Below the pieces are notes generated by a model. It did no database searches. It worked only from the letters and a program-made list of their open reading frames with translations, and was not told where the DNA came from. 64,000 bases of DNA. It comes from Macrostomum hystrix (Eukaryota; Animalia; Platyhelminthes). The translations under genes and the position numbers were made by a program. The DNA lies in assembly GCA_950097015.1 (NCBI GenBank), contig CATNEN010000010.1:124001-188000 (forward strand), read 5' to 3'. Below, in pieces: positions 14,043 through 26,915 of the stretch. The first letter of the stretch is position 1. Each line of letters starts with the position of its first letter.

Positions 14043-16962
14043 TCAGCCCAGAATGGAGTTGATGGCGCTGGCGGTCTCCTTGTCGTCCAGCGGCGGTGGC
14101 TGCGGCGGGCGCGTTGAAGACTCACCAAACGCAGCGCCGATGCCAATGGCCATGCCACCAGGTGTCACCGTCTGCGCGGCGGTCTGCTTCAACGCGGAAC
14201 GGCCCCAGGAGAACGCAGCCAGCTTGCCGGCGCCGGTGGGCAGGCGGTCCTGAAGGCGCTGCTTTCGCTTTTTTGCAGCCGTGCCGAACGCGGAAGTTGG
14301 CGTTGCTGGAGCCGGTGAGGACGTCGACGAAGATGTCGCAGTAAACGGCTGCAGCTGCAGGGACAGTGGCATCGGCATAATCGAGGAAAACGCAGGCGCA
14401 TCGAAGACCCCGCTAGAGCCGACACCGCTGGCTGGCGATGGCACAGCGTCAGCCGTGTCCTCGCTGCCCATCTCCGACGCCCTCTCCTCGTTTAATGCTG
14501 CCTCTTCATCGCCAACCTGCAGGGCAGTTGATTCAACGTCGAAGATGTCACGCCGAACGAAGTCGGCCACCTCGCCGGCGGCTCGGGCGTCGACGCCAGC
14601 CTGGCAAAGCCGAAGGGCGCGCAGCCAGCGGTGCCCGGCGCGCAGGTAGTGGTCGCAGCCAGGGAACAGCACCAGGCGGGACTTTGCCGGCCAGCGCTGG
14701 CGCACCCAGTCCAGCTCGTCAGCTGAGGCGAAGCCGGTCTCGGTGCCCAGCAGCAGCAGGCTTGGCAGGCTGTGGTGCAGCAGGTGGTCCTCTGGGAAGC
14801 CGCGGCAGCCGAATATGTCCCGGCTAGGCGGGCCAATAAGGACGCAGCCAGCGAGGCAGTCGGGCAGCTGGTTGCGCCGCTGCACGGTGCAGAGCAGATA
14901 GGTGCCGGCCAGGCAGGCCGAGGGGCCCAGGCAGACGGCTAGGACCCGGTCGCAGTCGGGCTGGTTGAGCTGGGCGCGAAATCGGACAAGCACCTGGGGA
15001 GCAGTTGTGGTCACGTTGCAATACATTCGGCCTACTCGGCCTGAACCATCCAATCACAGGGACGTAACGGCACACTGAGAGTCAGCGACAGCTTGGGTAC
15101 GGAAGGGATGCTATACGATTGGGAGGAATATTAGATGGTCCAGGAAGTGGGAAGTGGTTGCGTTGCTCAAACTATGGACAAGAGTTGGGATGCTCGAACT
15201 ATGGGCAAGTGGCCGGGATGCTCAATCCATGGGAAAGCGTTGGGATTTTCGAACCATGGAGAAAAGGTTGGGTTGCTCAAAGTGAAGGTTTTGGAATACT
15301 GATTAGGCGGGAGGAGTGGAAGTTGCTGGATCAAGTGAAGCAGGGGAGGTGGTGGCAGTCACCTGTCTGCAGTATTCGGAAACGCTGCAGCCGGGCGCCG
15401 AGCGACCATCCACAATGCTGACGTGACCGACGCGACCAAGAGCGGAGGCCAGTGATTGGACCCGAGCCGCCGTGGCGGGCAGACTGGACAGCAGGACTAG
15501 GCCCAGCCTGTTAGGCTGCCGATCTGCTGGAGTCGGCGGCGGCTGCACCGCTTGAATTTCGGCGCGCGACAAACGGCGCTCAAGCGAGTCCGGCTCGCTG
15601 GCGCCGACAACCAACTCGCGCACCTGCAGAGCGGCGGTGAGTTGGCAGGTGTGGTGACTTCCCCGATAATAATACAAATATTATTTGCAGGATTCCGCCC
15701 ATTTCGCTGACTCCTGAGCACGCATGCGCACAGACACCGTTCGCAGGCACACGCAGGCACGATAAGCCCCCAAGCATTTTCTTTGCGGCTGCGCCCGAAA
15801 TGAATGTGGCCTCGCCGCTAAATTGAGCTCAGGGACCTTGGTGCGAGAGGCAAACGCGTTAGACCGCTCTGCCACTCACCCCCTGACTTCCCTGATAGCC
15901 TTCAATGAATGACACTAAAGAGCAAGACTGACCTGGCCGGTGATGTTGGCACGGCCGAAGCTGCCCGCGGTCAGCCGTTCGCTGGCGCCGCCAGTGCCGG
16001 ACAGCAGAGTCTGCTGCACCAGCGCCGGGTGGCGCCGATTCAGCGCCGCTAAGCCGTCCAGGTAGGAGGCCAGCAGGCGCAGCGGCAGGTGATGGATGAG
16101 GGCGGTGTGTGCGCGCAGCAGGAAGGTCCGGTCCCATTGGTACAAGCCCAGCAGCTTTCGCATGCTGCGGGCCAGCCGCTTCACCTGCAGGCACCGGTGC
16201 ACGTCCCAGTGCGACAGCTGCGGCAGGGCGGGGTGGGCGGGCTGTTTAGCAGCTCGAATGAACTGAGGGAAACCAAGGGTCTTTGTGGCCTTACCGACTG
16301 TGTGACGGAGGCTGCCAGCACATCGCTTGTCAGCATCCGGACAATCGAGTCAAACAGACGGTTGTGCTGCATAGTCCAGCCAGCCCTGCATGGCAAGCGA
16401 AGCAATGGCTGCAGTGAAACTTGCTAATAGCAGCTTGGGATCTTTAGTAGGTTCGGGAGAACACGCCAGAATATAGCATCTCAAACCCAATTGCAATACC
16501 AATTGCTAATCTGACCTGGAAACGGCATCCTCCCATTGCTCCGGGTCGGGGCATTCGGCCACGCCAATGAGCTGCAGCCGGTGCAGCATGCAGTGCTCGC
16601 TGCGCCATTCGGCTCGATCGACAACGCACACCAGTTTGGCTTCGGCGGCCGGCACAGAAACAACGTCCAGCTCGGCTGGCTTGCCGTAGCTGTAAAGAAG
16701 CCTTGGCGACTTTGAAATGCACTTATAAGTTACAAATACGGATGCTAATGCTGTTGATATTAAATTAGCAGCATGTGTACCTATCAATCACATCTCGACC
16801 CTCTGGCACATCAAATAATGCCGTCCGCCGTGGCTGGCACTTCTGCAGTGCTGGGATGCGGCGCCAGCTCTTGCAGTAGGAGTGCTCGGCGAGCACTGGG
16901 TGCTGGACAGCCAGTCCATCTGCTCCCTGCAGTGGCAAGTCTGCGAGAAAGTTGAAGCTCAT
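14043..16962 (-). CDS. KANSL3: KAT8 regulatory NSL complex subunit 3 (alpha/beta-hydrolase fold); exons 16962..16781, 16689..16516, 16385..16295, 16217..15933, 15623..15363, 14993..14043; ~647 aa
   Basis: EHSYCKSW, EQWEDAVSRAGWTMQHNRLF, WDRTFLLRAHTALIHHLPLRLLASYLDGL and RGFPEDHLL...RLVLFPGCDHYLR...QAGVDARAAGEVADFV parallel recalled KANSL3/Rcd1 blocks; exons join in frame (1944 nt). Confidence 0.85.
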
Positions 16963-17224
16963 GCAGGCTGGAAGCAGCAAAAATGCAGTGCTTGGAGCAA
17001 AGGATGCTGCAGCTTTTCTATAGCTCACACTACAAACCATAGAAAAATACAAATACATTCATATCAATAATTATTTTTAATTACTAGTTAATACATCCTT
17101 GGCTTTAGCAGTCATCTTAGTAACAGTATAGGCATCCTTTGCATAAAAGTTATATATCTCTGTATATATATATATATATATACATATACTAATTCTATGC
17201 ATATTGAAATCTGAGTTTATATTC

Positions 17225-18011
17225 GGAAGTGCTTATTCCCACGGTCCCGTGCCGATAATTTCAATTTTATCCACATGGATCCGTGCCGATAATTTTCTGC
17301 TTATCCACACGGCAGCTTGTATGAATAGGTCTACTTTGAAGTCCCTACCTATTCTTCTCTGAGCATAAGGCTTTTGCTTCAGAGGATAGTGTATAGTGTA
17401 CAGTGTACACTATCAATGCATAGTGTAAAATAATAACAATGATGTATAATATGTGTGACGAGTTTGGTGCTGACTAGAATTCTGCTGGTTGACTCGTATG
17501 ATTTTCTTTGATTGACTTCTTACTTTTTAAGTCAATACAATTCGAATGAACACATGTACGTAACGATAACAAAAGATTTAGTAAGTTGTTATTACAAAAA
17601 TTAAAAAGGATGACACTAATGTCGGTTAATGAATGTGTAGGTCAAAATGTAGAACACTGTCATAACACACTGGGAACTTTGTCAATCTATTGGCTCGAGG
17701 GTTCAGCAAAACTTTCAAACCCGAAAGGGCCTCGTTTCAAAGAACAGAACCGCGTGGATAAAATTGAAATTAACGGCACAGCATATATAAAGAGTTTTAG
17801 ACCTATTCATACAAGCTGCTGGGTGGATAAGCAGAAAATTATCGGCACGGCTCCATGTGGATAAAATTGAAAAAAAAACGGCACGGCATATATAAAGAGT
17901 TTTAGACCTATTCATACAAGCTGCCGTGTGGATAAGCAGAAAATTATCAGCACGGCTCCGTGTGGATAAAATTGAAATTATCGGCACGGGACCGTGGGAA
18001 TAAGCTCTGCC
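17225..18011. mobile_element. Non-autonomous Mutator-like element (MITE), 787 bp, long TIRs, 9-bp TSD TTTATATTC
   Basis: GG...CC ends; TIR CTTATTCCCACGGTCCCGTGCCGATAATTTCAATTTTATCCAC and its reverse complement; TSD at 17216-17224 and 18012-18020; second copy at 57293. Confidence 0.92.
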
Positions 18012-19284
18012 TTTATATTCGGCTAATTGACACTTCCCTACTAATTTAAACGTAAAACAACTGTTACTACAATTAGCAATACAAGGAAAGGATTATTAGG
18101 AAAAATAAAGTGAGGACACAAGGATTTTATAGTTTTGTTATAAGTTACTTTTCTTCCTATTTTACTAGTTATCCAAAGACTTTCAGTTACAATAAATTTT
18201 GGCAGCAAACACATTTGGTATTTTGAATTCATTTATTACAAACCTTAATCTCCTTAGCAATGAAGTTGAGCTTATTAGAAATATGTGTGCCAATTTCGGT
18301 CCCTTTACATATTTTGGTAAAAAAAATATAAATTAGTTAAATCATTTGGAAGACATAGTCAAGCAAGCAAAGAAACTAGATTTATATTTTAGAATATTTT
18401 ATAATTGTCTTAGAGTAAGGTAAAAGTGGTGAAGTGGTTCTAACCATTGTCACATGGATTAGGAAAATTATATATTGCAGTCTATAGATCAGATAATATA
18501 CCAGTGGATAGGTCTATAACCCATTAAAGTGATACAAAAGGGTAACACAAAAAACAAATGAACAGACAAACAAGTAATTATTTGCAGGTTATCTGCTGAT
18601 TCAGCTTTAAGCTTAGGCCTAAGGCTTATGCTTCTAAGCCACTTCGGTGTCATTCATAGCTACCAAATAGTGTCAAGCTCTGTTGCATGCAGTGTCAATA
18701 AAAATTTTAGAAAACAAAAAATCAAAATCAAAATAAATTATACTACAGTAGACCAGTAGACATAATACTAATAGAATTAGAAATAATAAGCACTATTATT
18801 TTTATGTCATCTATTTTTAACTGTTAGGCCTATACATTTCAATTAGGCCTTACCTTTTTGTAATGAATTTATTAGTGTGTCATCGCCATTTGTATTTATA
18901 GTCTCACTGTGAAAATAATTAAGACAGCTAAAGTCGCAAGCACGAAATGTGATTATTTAACAGATCATCAAGTTACTCTTAATTTAATAGGCCTAACACC
19001 TACTAAATTGACTGTACCGCCCGGTTAGTGGGTGCCACTCTTTTCGTCTGCCGCCAGTTCGTCTGCTGGGCAGACGAACAAACTATTTTGCGTTAAACTT
19101 TTCGTCTGCTGGAAACTCAAGTTTAACGAGACTTAGATTCTTAGAACAACCGAAATCAGTAAAACAATCAATCAAACGACAAAATATCGCGCAAATTTAA
19201 AATCTTTTTGCTTTGAACCACATATATATAGCGTATGCAACTCATTGTCATTGCACACCACATTAGCGTGCCTGGATAATCGAA

Positions 19285-19470
19285 ATGTCAGATTTTTGTC
19301 TTGTCTGTCAAAAGATAGTCAGCACACGACAGCAGGCCTTGCTGTGCGATTCGTGTGATCAATGGCAGCATCGAATCTGTGGCATTAATATGACCCAGAC
19401 TGAGTATCGCGAAATATTGAGCAAAAATGTTTCCTTCAACTGGATGTGCTCACGATGTGAGGAAAAAAAC
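19285..19470 (+). pseudogene. PHD-finger first exon of the MULE gene; continues from ~19788 into an Ala-rich linker broken by the nested element
   Basis: CLVC...CDSCDQWQHRIC...WMCSRC (C4HC3) followed by donor GTAAGT at 19471. Confidence 0.8.
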
Positions 19471-19887
19471 GTAAGTAGCTCATTGACTTTTATGGTACAT
19501 GTAAATATAGAATTCATGTGCACGTCATGTTCAAGCTACCATAACCACTTATTATAATTATAATTATAATAGCGAGATTATTTGCTGTACATATTTATAT
19601 CTATAATGTTTTCTACATAAACTTGAAGTTGCAGTACACGAACCAGATTAGAAAATAAAGATTTTCAGAAAAGCAAATCCCAACTTACTGTGCAGCTAGA
19701 GACAGCTTAATATACAGAAAATTAAAGCTTGTGCCTTGCATCGATAAGACTGCTAATAAAATCACGATCTGACAAAAAACTTGAACAGGCGGCCGCCAAG
19801 CTGTCTGCTGTCGAGTCTGGTGGTGCTGCTGCTGCTGATACTGCCGCCGAGCTGTCTGCTGCCGAGTCTGGTGGTGCTGCTGCTGCT

Positions 19888-22800
19888 CCCGCTGGAAAAT
19901 TTTCTAGGGGCCCGCTAGGGGCACCTTCAAGCGCACCCCTAGGGGCAACGCTAGGGGCTGCACCGCCGGCAAATGAGGGGCTCCAGAGGGGCATGCCACC
20001 ATCCAGCCCCTGTGATGCCCCTAGTGAGGAAAATGAATAATTCTCGTTCTCGTTCTGCAAAATATTGTTCTTCATGTTTCGCTTTTCTTTAATTAGATAT
20101 ATTTTCTTTTCTAAGATGGTATTATCGTCAATTGTATTATCGTATTATCATATCGTATTATCTTTAAGTAAAATCGCGATCACTAAACGCAAATCGCGTA
20201 AATTATGCCACACAAATCAGCATCTTAGATAATAGATATGATAGTAAAATATTGGCAGAAACAGAACGACAGAAAAAACAGGTTTAGAGCGATCTGCGGA
20301 GAGATCTGCAGAGAGTGAGAGTGATAGAGAGAGTGCCAAACCGTGCGAGTAAGAATGGGTGACAGGACTGCAGAAGTGAGCGGCCGACGAACTGCATAAG
20401 TGCACACTGATAACTTTTTAATGTAAATTTTACAAAAATGTTGTAAAAATGTTGTACAGATCAAGACTAGTAGATGTTACTACGAAAAGTCTGCGGTTTA
20501 ATGCTTATTTTAAGAAATTATTTTGGTAACTAATAACATGGCTTTGCCAAATAATCACATCGTTTATCCCAATTCAACCTTTATTTTCCTAATTCATGAA
20601 AATTCAAATCCCAATTTATCCCACTTCATCCCAATTATTTAAAATTCACCACAATTCATCAAAATTTACCCGAATTCATCCCAAATCTTCCCAATTCATC
20701 GCAAATCTTCCCAATTATTTCCAATTCTTCCCAGATTTACTCCCCATTGGCTGTAAAAAGAAATGAAAGTAATTTTTACTCCCGTAAATTAGTAAATAAT
20801 ACTCTACAAAATATTTGACTGCGAATTTCAGTAGTAAATTCACAATAAAAAGTTATCAGTGTGTGGACTTCGGCTTGAGGGAGTGAGTGGTGTACAGCTG
20901 CGTTGGAAATCAAGTAGCGCCACTTCAATGCGAGGGAAGGGCATGGACCTGGCAATAATATCGTTGCAAACCGCATAAGATAAAAAAAAGTGAGAAAAAT
21001 CGTGACAAATAAAATTGTCATTGAAAATGCAACAGGGCTGCACGTGAATCAGTGAAGGACTGTCACATGAGGAAACGCTTCTGACTGCTGCGGCAGTGCC
21101 AGTCATAGCCATAGCACATAGCCAGTTTTATGAAGTATAGTTAAGTCATTGACAAAGGAAATTAATAATTACTTCAAAGGGTCAATTTAAGGTGTTATAG
21201 AAGCAAGTTTTTAATATTAATAAAATAAAAGCAAGAACCCTACAACAACTTAGTAGTGGTGGGATATTGGCAAGTAAGAAAGAGCCCTACAACATATGTG
21301 ACTGACTGACAGCTACGTAAACGCTTCTTCAGTCTTCTTCCTCGTCGTCGCTGGAGATCACGATTCTCTTCTTTTTTTGGTCGTCAGATGCTTCTTAGAA
21401 GTGGCACCAGAAGCGACCTCTGTCCCCGATGACTGCCTTCTACGCGCTCTTCTCGGGGTCTGCTGTGTGCCGTCCATGGTCGCAGATGGCTGTACAGTCG
21501 AAGCCGACGCTCGTCGGGCTTGCCGGCCGCCATTCCTGTCACGCGCATTTTTCAGCGTTGCTGCGATTGCATTATTGATGTCGTAGGCTGTCGCAAACGG
21601 CTTAACGCGTCCCAAAGCGTCCTTAACCACGCTTTCTACAGGTCCCATGAAGCGTCGCTTGTTGTCTGACCCCGTGCGATTGAATTTCGACTGCATGGCG
21701 TTGGACAGTAGCGCAGTGATGACGTTGCGCACAACATCACTGACTGGTTTGCCTCCAATCAGTGACAGACGGCGTATTAGATCCGCACGGTAGTCTTGCG
21801 ACTCAAGACTGCCAATCAGTAACTCAACCTCCTCTTCAGTGGATGCCATGGAGGCCTCCTCCATTCGGGAGTCGCCGCAATTGTAGGAAGCCGCACCAGC
21901 TTGCTTTAGTAATGCCAGACCATCGCTCCACCGTTTCGACTCCATCTTGAGAGTGATGGCGAGTCCATGCACTTGCTTAAACAAGCTTGCAACCAAATAA
22001 TAGCATGCCTCGGTTGAGCCTGGCTGCAGTCCTTGTCTTACAACCAATTGGTCAACAGAAGCAACTGATGGTGTCCCGACGGTAATGGGGGTGCCCCCCA
22101 GATTCGCAGGCACAGGTTCTGGCTCCTTACTTAAGCGGCAATCTGTAGCGAAGAGGTTACGCGAAAGAGTAGAACTGCAGTCAGCATCAGAATAGTTGGT
22201 ATCAAAGTCATTGTCTTCATCACAAGAATAATATTCTTCATCATCAGATTCTTCAGAAATGAAACCATGATTATCCATGTCATTTTCAGCTGAAGACTCA
22301 AAGTTATAACTTAAATTGGTATTTTCATCAGCTGGATTAATATTAAGCTCAGCTTGGTCAGAAAAAATTGCTTGATCAATGGCAATTGGTACTTCAGTTG
22401 ATTCACCAGAATTGAGTAGGCCTATACTGTCATTCACTGCATGGTTTTTAGTCCAACGTGAAGTCATCTACAAAACATTTTTTTGCTATGTAAACCACTA
22501 ACATTTAAAAAGGGCATTGCCTTTGTAGGGCCTAACCATAAATTATAAATAAAGAATAGAAATAACTGAAGCTTTGCATTTTGCATTTTGTTAATAACAA
22601 AATAATAATTATTGTTCTACCAAAATTACTGATAACTTCTATATATATAAAGAATAGAAGTAAAGAATAGAGATTCTAATAAAGAATAAAATAAAAATGT
22701 ATAATAAAAAGAATAATAATAATAATAGCACCTGGATATGCATGTGACCCGGCCGCCATCAGCCGATGCTAGGCCTAAGCGACATTTAAGAAAAATAGAA

Positions 22801-24120
22801 TAAAAAAATAAGGAATAAAGAATAGATAAAGAATAGAGAATAAAGAATAGAAATAACTTAAGCTTTGCATTTTGTTAATAACAAAATAATAATAATTGTT
22901 CTACCAAAATTACTGATAACTTCTAAATATATAAATATTCACAAAACTGTCTGTGTGTATCTGCCTATGTATGTCTGTGTAGCCAATTTGTGTTTGCAAT
23001 GGACTCAAAAACTACAACACCAAATAATACCAATCTAAAAATCAAGTGTGTAGAGTGTCATAGGCTACTTTTTACTTCCCAAACTCAAATCTTTCTCCTT
23101 CAAAATATATATTAAACTTAAGAGTCCTTCAAAAGTAGGAAAAAGAATATTCAGTTATCTTTACATTATTCATTTGAAGATTATTTGTTGCTCACATACT
23201 CTAGATTCTTAAGAAAAAACATGACTTTATTTTAATACATTTTAAGGTCTCAAAATGTAGTTCTATTTTTGCCATGGGCGATTGGAGAAATATGAACTCA
23301 TTCAAACGTTGCAAACATTGTCCTATGGGCATCTCATGGCCAAGGCAAGAGCAAGCTTCCCCATAAAGCTAAATATTATGCTACTATGAAAATAAGTACA
23401 CAATAAATAACCAGCATGGATTAGGTAATCTAATCAACTATACACAGGCTTTATTGTTTGCATATAGGCGTTCTGCAAAATGTTTTGTGTGTATTCAGAA
23501 TTACACATTGTGCACGAAATTGACTGTGATCAAATATAGGTGCCTAGAAAGATGCGTTCGAGGTAAGGATATTTAATCACTACACGTATTCATTGGATTC
23601 CGAATTACAACATTAAATGGCAATAGACATTATCATATATAAGCATGTCCAGAAAAGCGCCGACCCAATGTGCGGACACGTGCAGCTGGATATGCATGTG
23701 ACCCGGCCGCCATCAGCCGATGCTAAGCGACATTTAAATGACCAACAATTATAACAAAAGCAGTGTGTAATATATTTTTTAGTTATTCGTACACTGTATA
23801 CATTGCTTTATGTGCTTTTACTTTTAGTTTATGAAGCCCATACGCAACTAATTGAATCCAAACATTGAATGGCATATGCGAACTGGATTCTTCTCACCAC
23901 CGCTACAGTATTATTGTCAGTACTAGGGGCAAGCCCCTTGGATGCCCCCAGAAACTGGAGTGCAGCATTTTTCATAAAATTGCATATTCAGACAAGATTT
24001 TTATTACAGTATGTTTTTATTGTTACGAAGACAGTTGTCCCTAAAAATTATATGACATTTCATTCTGCCCCTTGGCCCCTTTAAAGCCGCTAGTGGGCCC
24101 CTAGGTCTTTTCCCAGTGGG
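19888..24120 (-). mobile_element. Nested CMC/EnSpm-like DNA transposon derivative, 4.2 kb, CCC...GGG ends, 2-bp TSD (CT)
   Basis: Left CCCGCTGGAAAATTTTCTAGGGGCCCGCTAG vs right reverse complement CCCACTGGGAAAAGACCTAGGGGCCCACTAG; removal restores the host GCTGCT|GATACTGCCGCCGAGCTG repeat. Confidence 0.78.
21358..22467 (-). CDS. 369-aa ORF: acidic N-terminal half plus DUF4806-like C-terminal domain (transposon accessory protein)
   Basis: LSLIGG...VRNVITALLSNAMQSKFNRTGSDNKRRF...IAATLKNARDRNGGR matches the recalled DUF4806 pattern; acceptor TTTTGTAG directly precedes the ATG, so an upstream exon is likely. Confidence 0.65.
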   Translation of the reverse strand: MTSRWTKNHAVNDSIGLLNSGESTEVPIAIDQAIFSDQAELNINPADENTNLSYNFESSAENDMDNHGFISEESDDEEYYSCDEDNDFDTNYSDADCSSTLSRNLFATDCRLSKEPEPVPANLGGTPITVGTPSVASVDQLVVRQGLQPGSTEACYYLVASLFKQVHGLAITLKMESKRWSDGLALLKQAGAASYNCGDSRMEEASMASTEEEVELLIGSLESQDYRADLIRRLSLIGGKPVSDVVRNVITALLSNAMQSKFNRTGSDNKRRFMGPVESVVKDALGRVKPFATAYDINNAIAATLKNARDRNGGRQARRASASTVQPSATMDGTQQTPRRARRRQSSGTEVASGATSKKHLTTKKRRES

Positions 24121-24122
24121 CT

Positions 24123-24440
24123 GATACTGCCGCCGAGCTGTCTGCTGCCGAGTCTGGTGGTGGTGCTGCTGCTGATACTGCCGCCGAGCTGTCTGCTGCT
24201 GCTGCTGCCGCTGCTGCTACGGCTACTGATGCCGCTGGGCGACGATCTCTTCCTGATCCAGCTCCTTTAGCTGAAGTACAGATACCGATGGAGCCGGAAC
24301 AGTTTGAAATGAAGCCTGGAATTAGCAAGCGTGGCGGCGACTTGCTCGTGTCTTCCCATGGCTACATTCTCGGACGCAATGGAGGAAAAGCTGGCTGCAA
24401 TTACTGGAAGTGTATCGTCCGCAGCGAAGCTTTGACTAAG
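24123..24440 (+). pseudogene. Resumed MULE exon: Ala-rich linker plus N-terminal half of a FLYWCH zinc finger
   Basis: Frame reads ...GISKRGGDLLVSSHGYILGRNGGKAGCNYWKCIVR, then a possible donor GTGGGA. Confidence 0.7.
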
Positions 24441-25861
24441 GTGGGACACCTTCAATCTAGTTAAAAAGTAGACATTTTTCTTATTGCTACACTGCTAGTA
24501 AGGGGCTTTCTATTAGGATTACTTCAAGGTTAAAGTAGGCATTAACGCAACATCTAACATGTTATAAACCGATGTACATGCTCACTTTTTGCATGTTATA
24601 ATCCGAAGTTAGAACGAAACATTAGTGAAAACTGATATTGGCGTAGAAAAAAATAGGACTAAGTAGACGAGCTCTACAATAACTTGCTTAGTCATTACTT
24701 TACAGGTAGGGAGAGAAAGGGAGTGTAGAAGGGGAAAGAGAAGGGGAGAGAAAGTGGTTCTAGACAAAGAGACATATTAAGTTCTAGAGATTCCTGTGAT
24801 TCGATTTTTATTCTGACCAAGTATTTTATTGCATTTCAATTTAGTAAAACAATAGAATAAAAAACTTGCGTTTTCTACTAAAAGTAATGCTGCAAATTTG
24901 CTACAAATTTTTAATATGAAAATGAGAGAAGTAAGTGAGAACAGCTCTTGTCTCAATTGGGGATTCCTGTGAGCCCTACCCCAACACTCCATGAAACCCG
25001 GAGGTTTTGGTGCCAACAAAACCAAGGACTTCATAGCATCTATAGAAGATGCTTCTATTCGAATTCAGTGGTCCTTGCAACAAACACACCCCTATACACA
25101 CACACAAACTACATGGCAGGGCTTATACTTGTATATGCCATAGAATGGCCAGCAGACGAACTTGTTTGCTTTTTCGTCTACTGAGCAGACGAACTGGCGG
25201 CAGACGAAAGAACTGGAATCCCCGGTTAGTTAGCAAGGTAAAGAGAAACACCTAATATGTGTATTTTATAATAATTCGCCTAATAATAATAATAACTTCT
25301 CCGAAAATGCATACTAACATCTAATGAAGTAATCACGCGTTACTAAGTCTAGAGGGCCAAGGGCCTGGACTGCTGATGTAACAACTTTACTTCGCGTGTC
25401 AAATCTACTTCTGACCGGTGGGAACCAGCGCGTCGTCGTCGCTTTATATTCAACTTATACCAAGTCGTACTCGTTTATAGTTATAACAAATTTACAGTAG
25501 GTAATACATAATAATAATAAAAATAATACTAAACTGTAAATCATACTAACGTGAGAATCATTACAAAACGTAAATATAAATTAATTAACGATGAAAACAA
25601 ACGAATATGAATGCAAAAATGTTTTTCTCATCACCCTAATTATACAATCACGTAATCATAAACTACATGTAGCAAACGATTTTATAAATGAACGAAAAAT
25701 ATCGATAGGAAGTTCAAAAGACGGAGAAATGTTAGCAATTTCAATACATTTATCAATTTCAATTCAATGCTTGTCGAACCAAGATCGGAGACTAATATGG
25801 CAATCCCTGGGTTCGGTCGCAATGCTCTTTGGTCAGCGGTGTCAATCATTTATTTTAAAAG

Positions 25862-26875
25862 TTTTTTTATTTCTGTATTACGTGGAATCACTAGAAGCTC
25901 AGCCCAGCTGGCGAATGATCGTGTTGGGGCTTTGGGATTAAAGGCTTGGTATAGTCGATAGAAAATAGTAATCACCGGATGCGGGTGTGAAATGCCTGTC
26001 TACTATCCTGTGTACATCAATACTAAAATATGGATCAGTGGCTCTATACACTTTGTGTCATTTTCTAGTTCTCCTGGTAAGTAAAGGAAGCGAACAAATT
26101 CAGAGTTAGCTCGTAGTAAGAATTTCTGGAGAATATATTCCTGTAGTAATTTAGGAAATAGTCTCTGCCTATTTGGGTAATGAGAGTTATACTCTGTCTT
26201 GCTTAATTACTGTCGAAGGCTTTTGTCCAGTCGTTCGAGAAATTTCATATTTATCTGATTTATTACAGCTGGGAGCCGGTCTGCCCACTTGGTATAGTAT
26301 TGGCCACTTTTTAGTTTCAGCTCTTCAGCTGTCTGCTTTGTGAAAAGTCTCCTTGCTAGAGTTAGATTGAATCTTTCAACAAAAGCCTGGTCTCTATGGA
26401 GCTCAGTTCTTCCGTAGCGCATTTTCGTATTGTTATTTTCCATAAGGGATTTGACTGCACGCATGAATTCTTTGCCAGGATCAGTCATAAAGGTTTGCGG
26501 GTATGTAAGCGGAGAGTTTTCGTAAATTTCTTGGAGGACAGCTGGTACTGCATCAGATTTCTTAGTCTTAAGTGGTCTCGCTTCTTTGTATCGGGAGACA
26601 ATGTCTATAACTGTGAGCGCATATACTTGTAGCCTGAGTCTTTGGGGAGAAACAGAAGATCTGCTTGGTGTGCGTCATTAGGTTTATAGATGTTAAAGTG
26701 AGGTCTTAGTGGGAAATAAATTATAGGTATAGACTGCTTTCTTAGAGAGCCGTCTTTCAACTGTTTGTTTTGATTCTTCACTTAGTTCTGCGAGTTTTGT
26801 GACTGCATTTTTTCCTACAAATAATATTCCTTTGTCGTTGTAGAGCTTTTGAAGTTTCTGATCTGCAATTTTTTA
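25862..26875 (-). pseudogene. Frameshifted Polinton/Maverick (adintovirus-type) retroviral-like integrase
   Basis: Across frameshifts: KLQKLYNDKG...RPHFNIYKPNDAHQADLLFLPKD..YKYALTVIDIVSRYKEARPLKTK...MTDPGKEFM...FVERFNLTLARRLF...VRFLYLPGELE..RATDPYFS...PTRSF...LLVIPRNTE; D-D-E triad retained. Confidence 0.85.
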
Positions 26876-26915
26876 TATTGAAATTTCAATAAAAATTACG
26901 AGTTAACGTAGTTAA

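Larger units (their letters stand above)
19030..25221 (+). mobile_element. Mutator-like (MULE) non-autonomous element with PHD and FLYWCH exons, interrupted by a nested insertion
   Basis: Imperfect TIRs (TTTCGTCTGCCGCCAGTTCGTCTGCT at left, reverse complement at right); TSD CCGGTTAGT at 19021-19029 and 25222-25230 (could be read as 8 bp); no DDE transposase seen. Confidence 0.8.
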
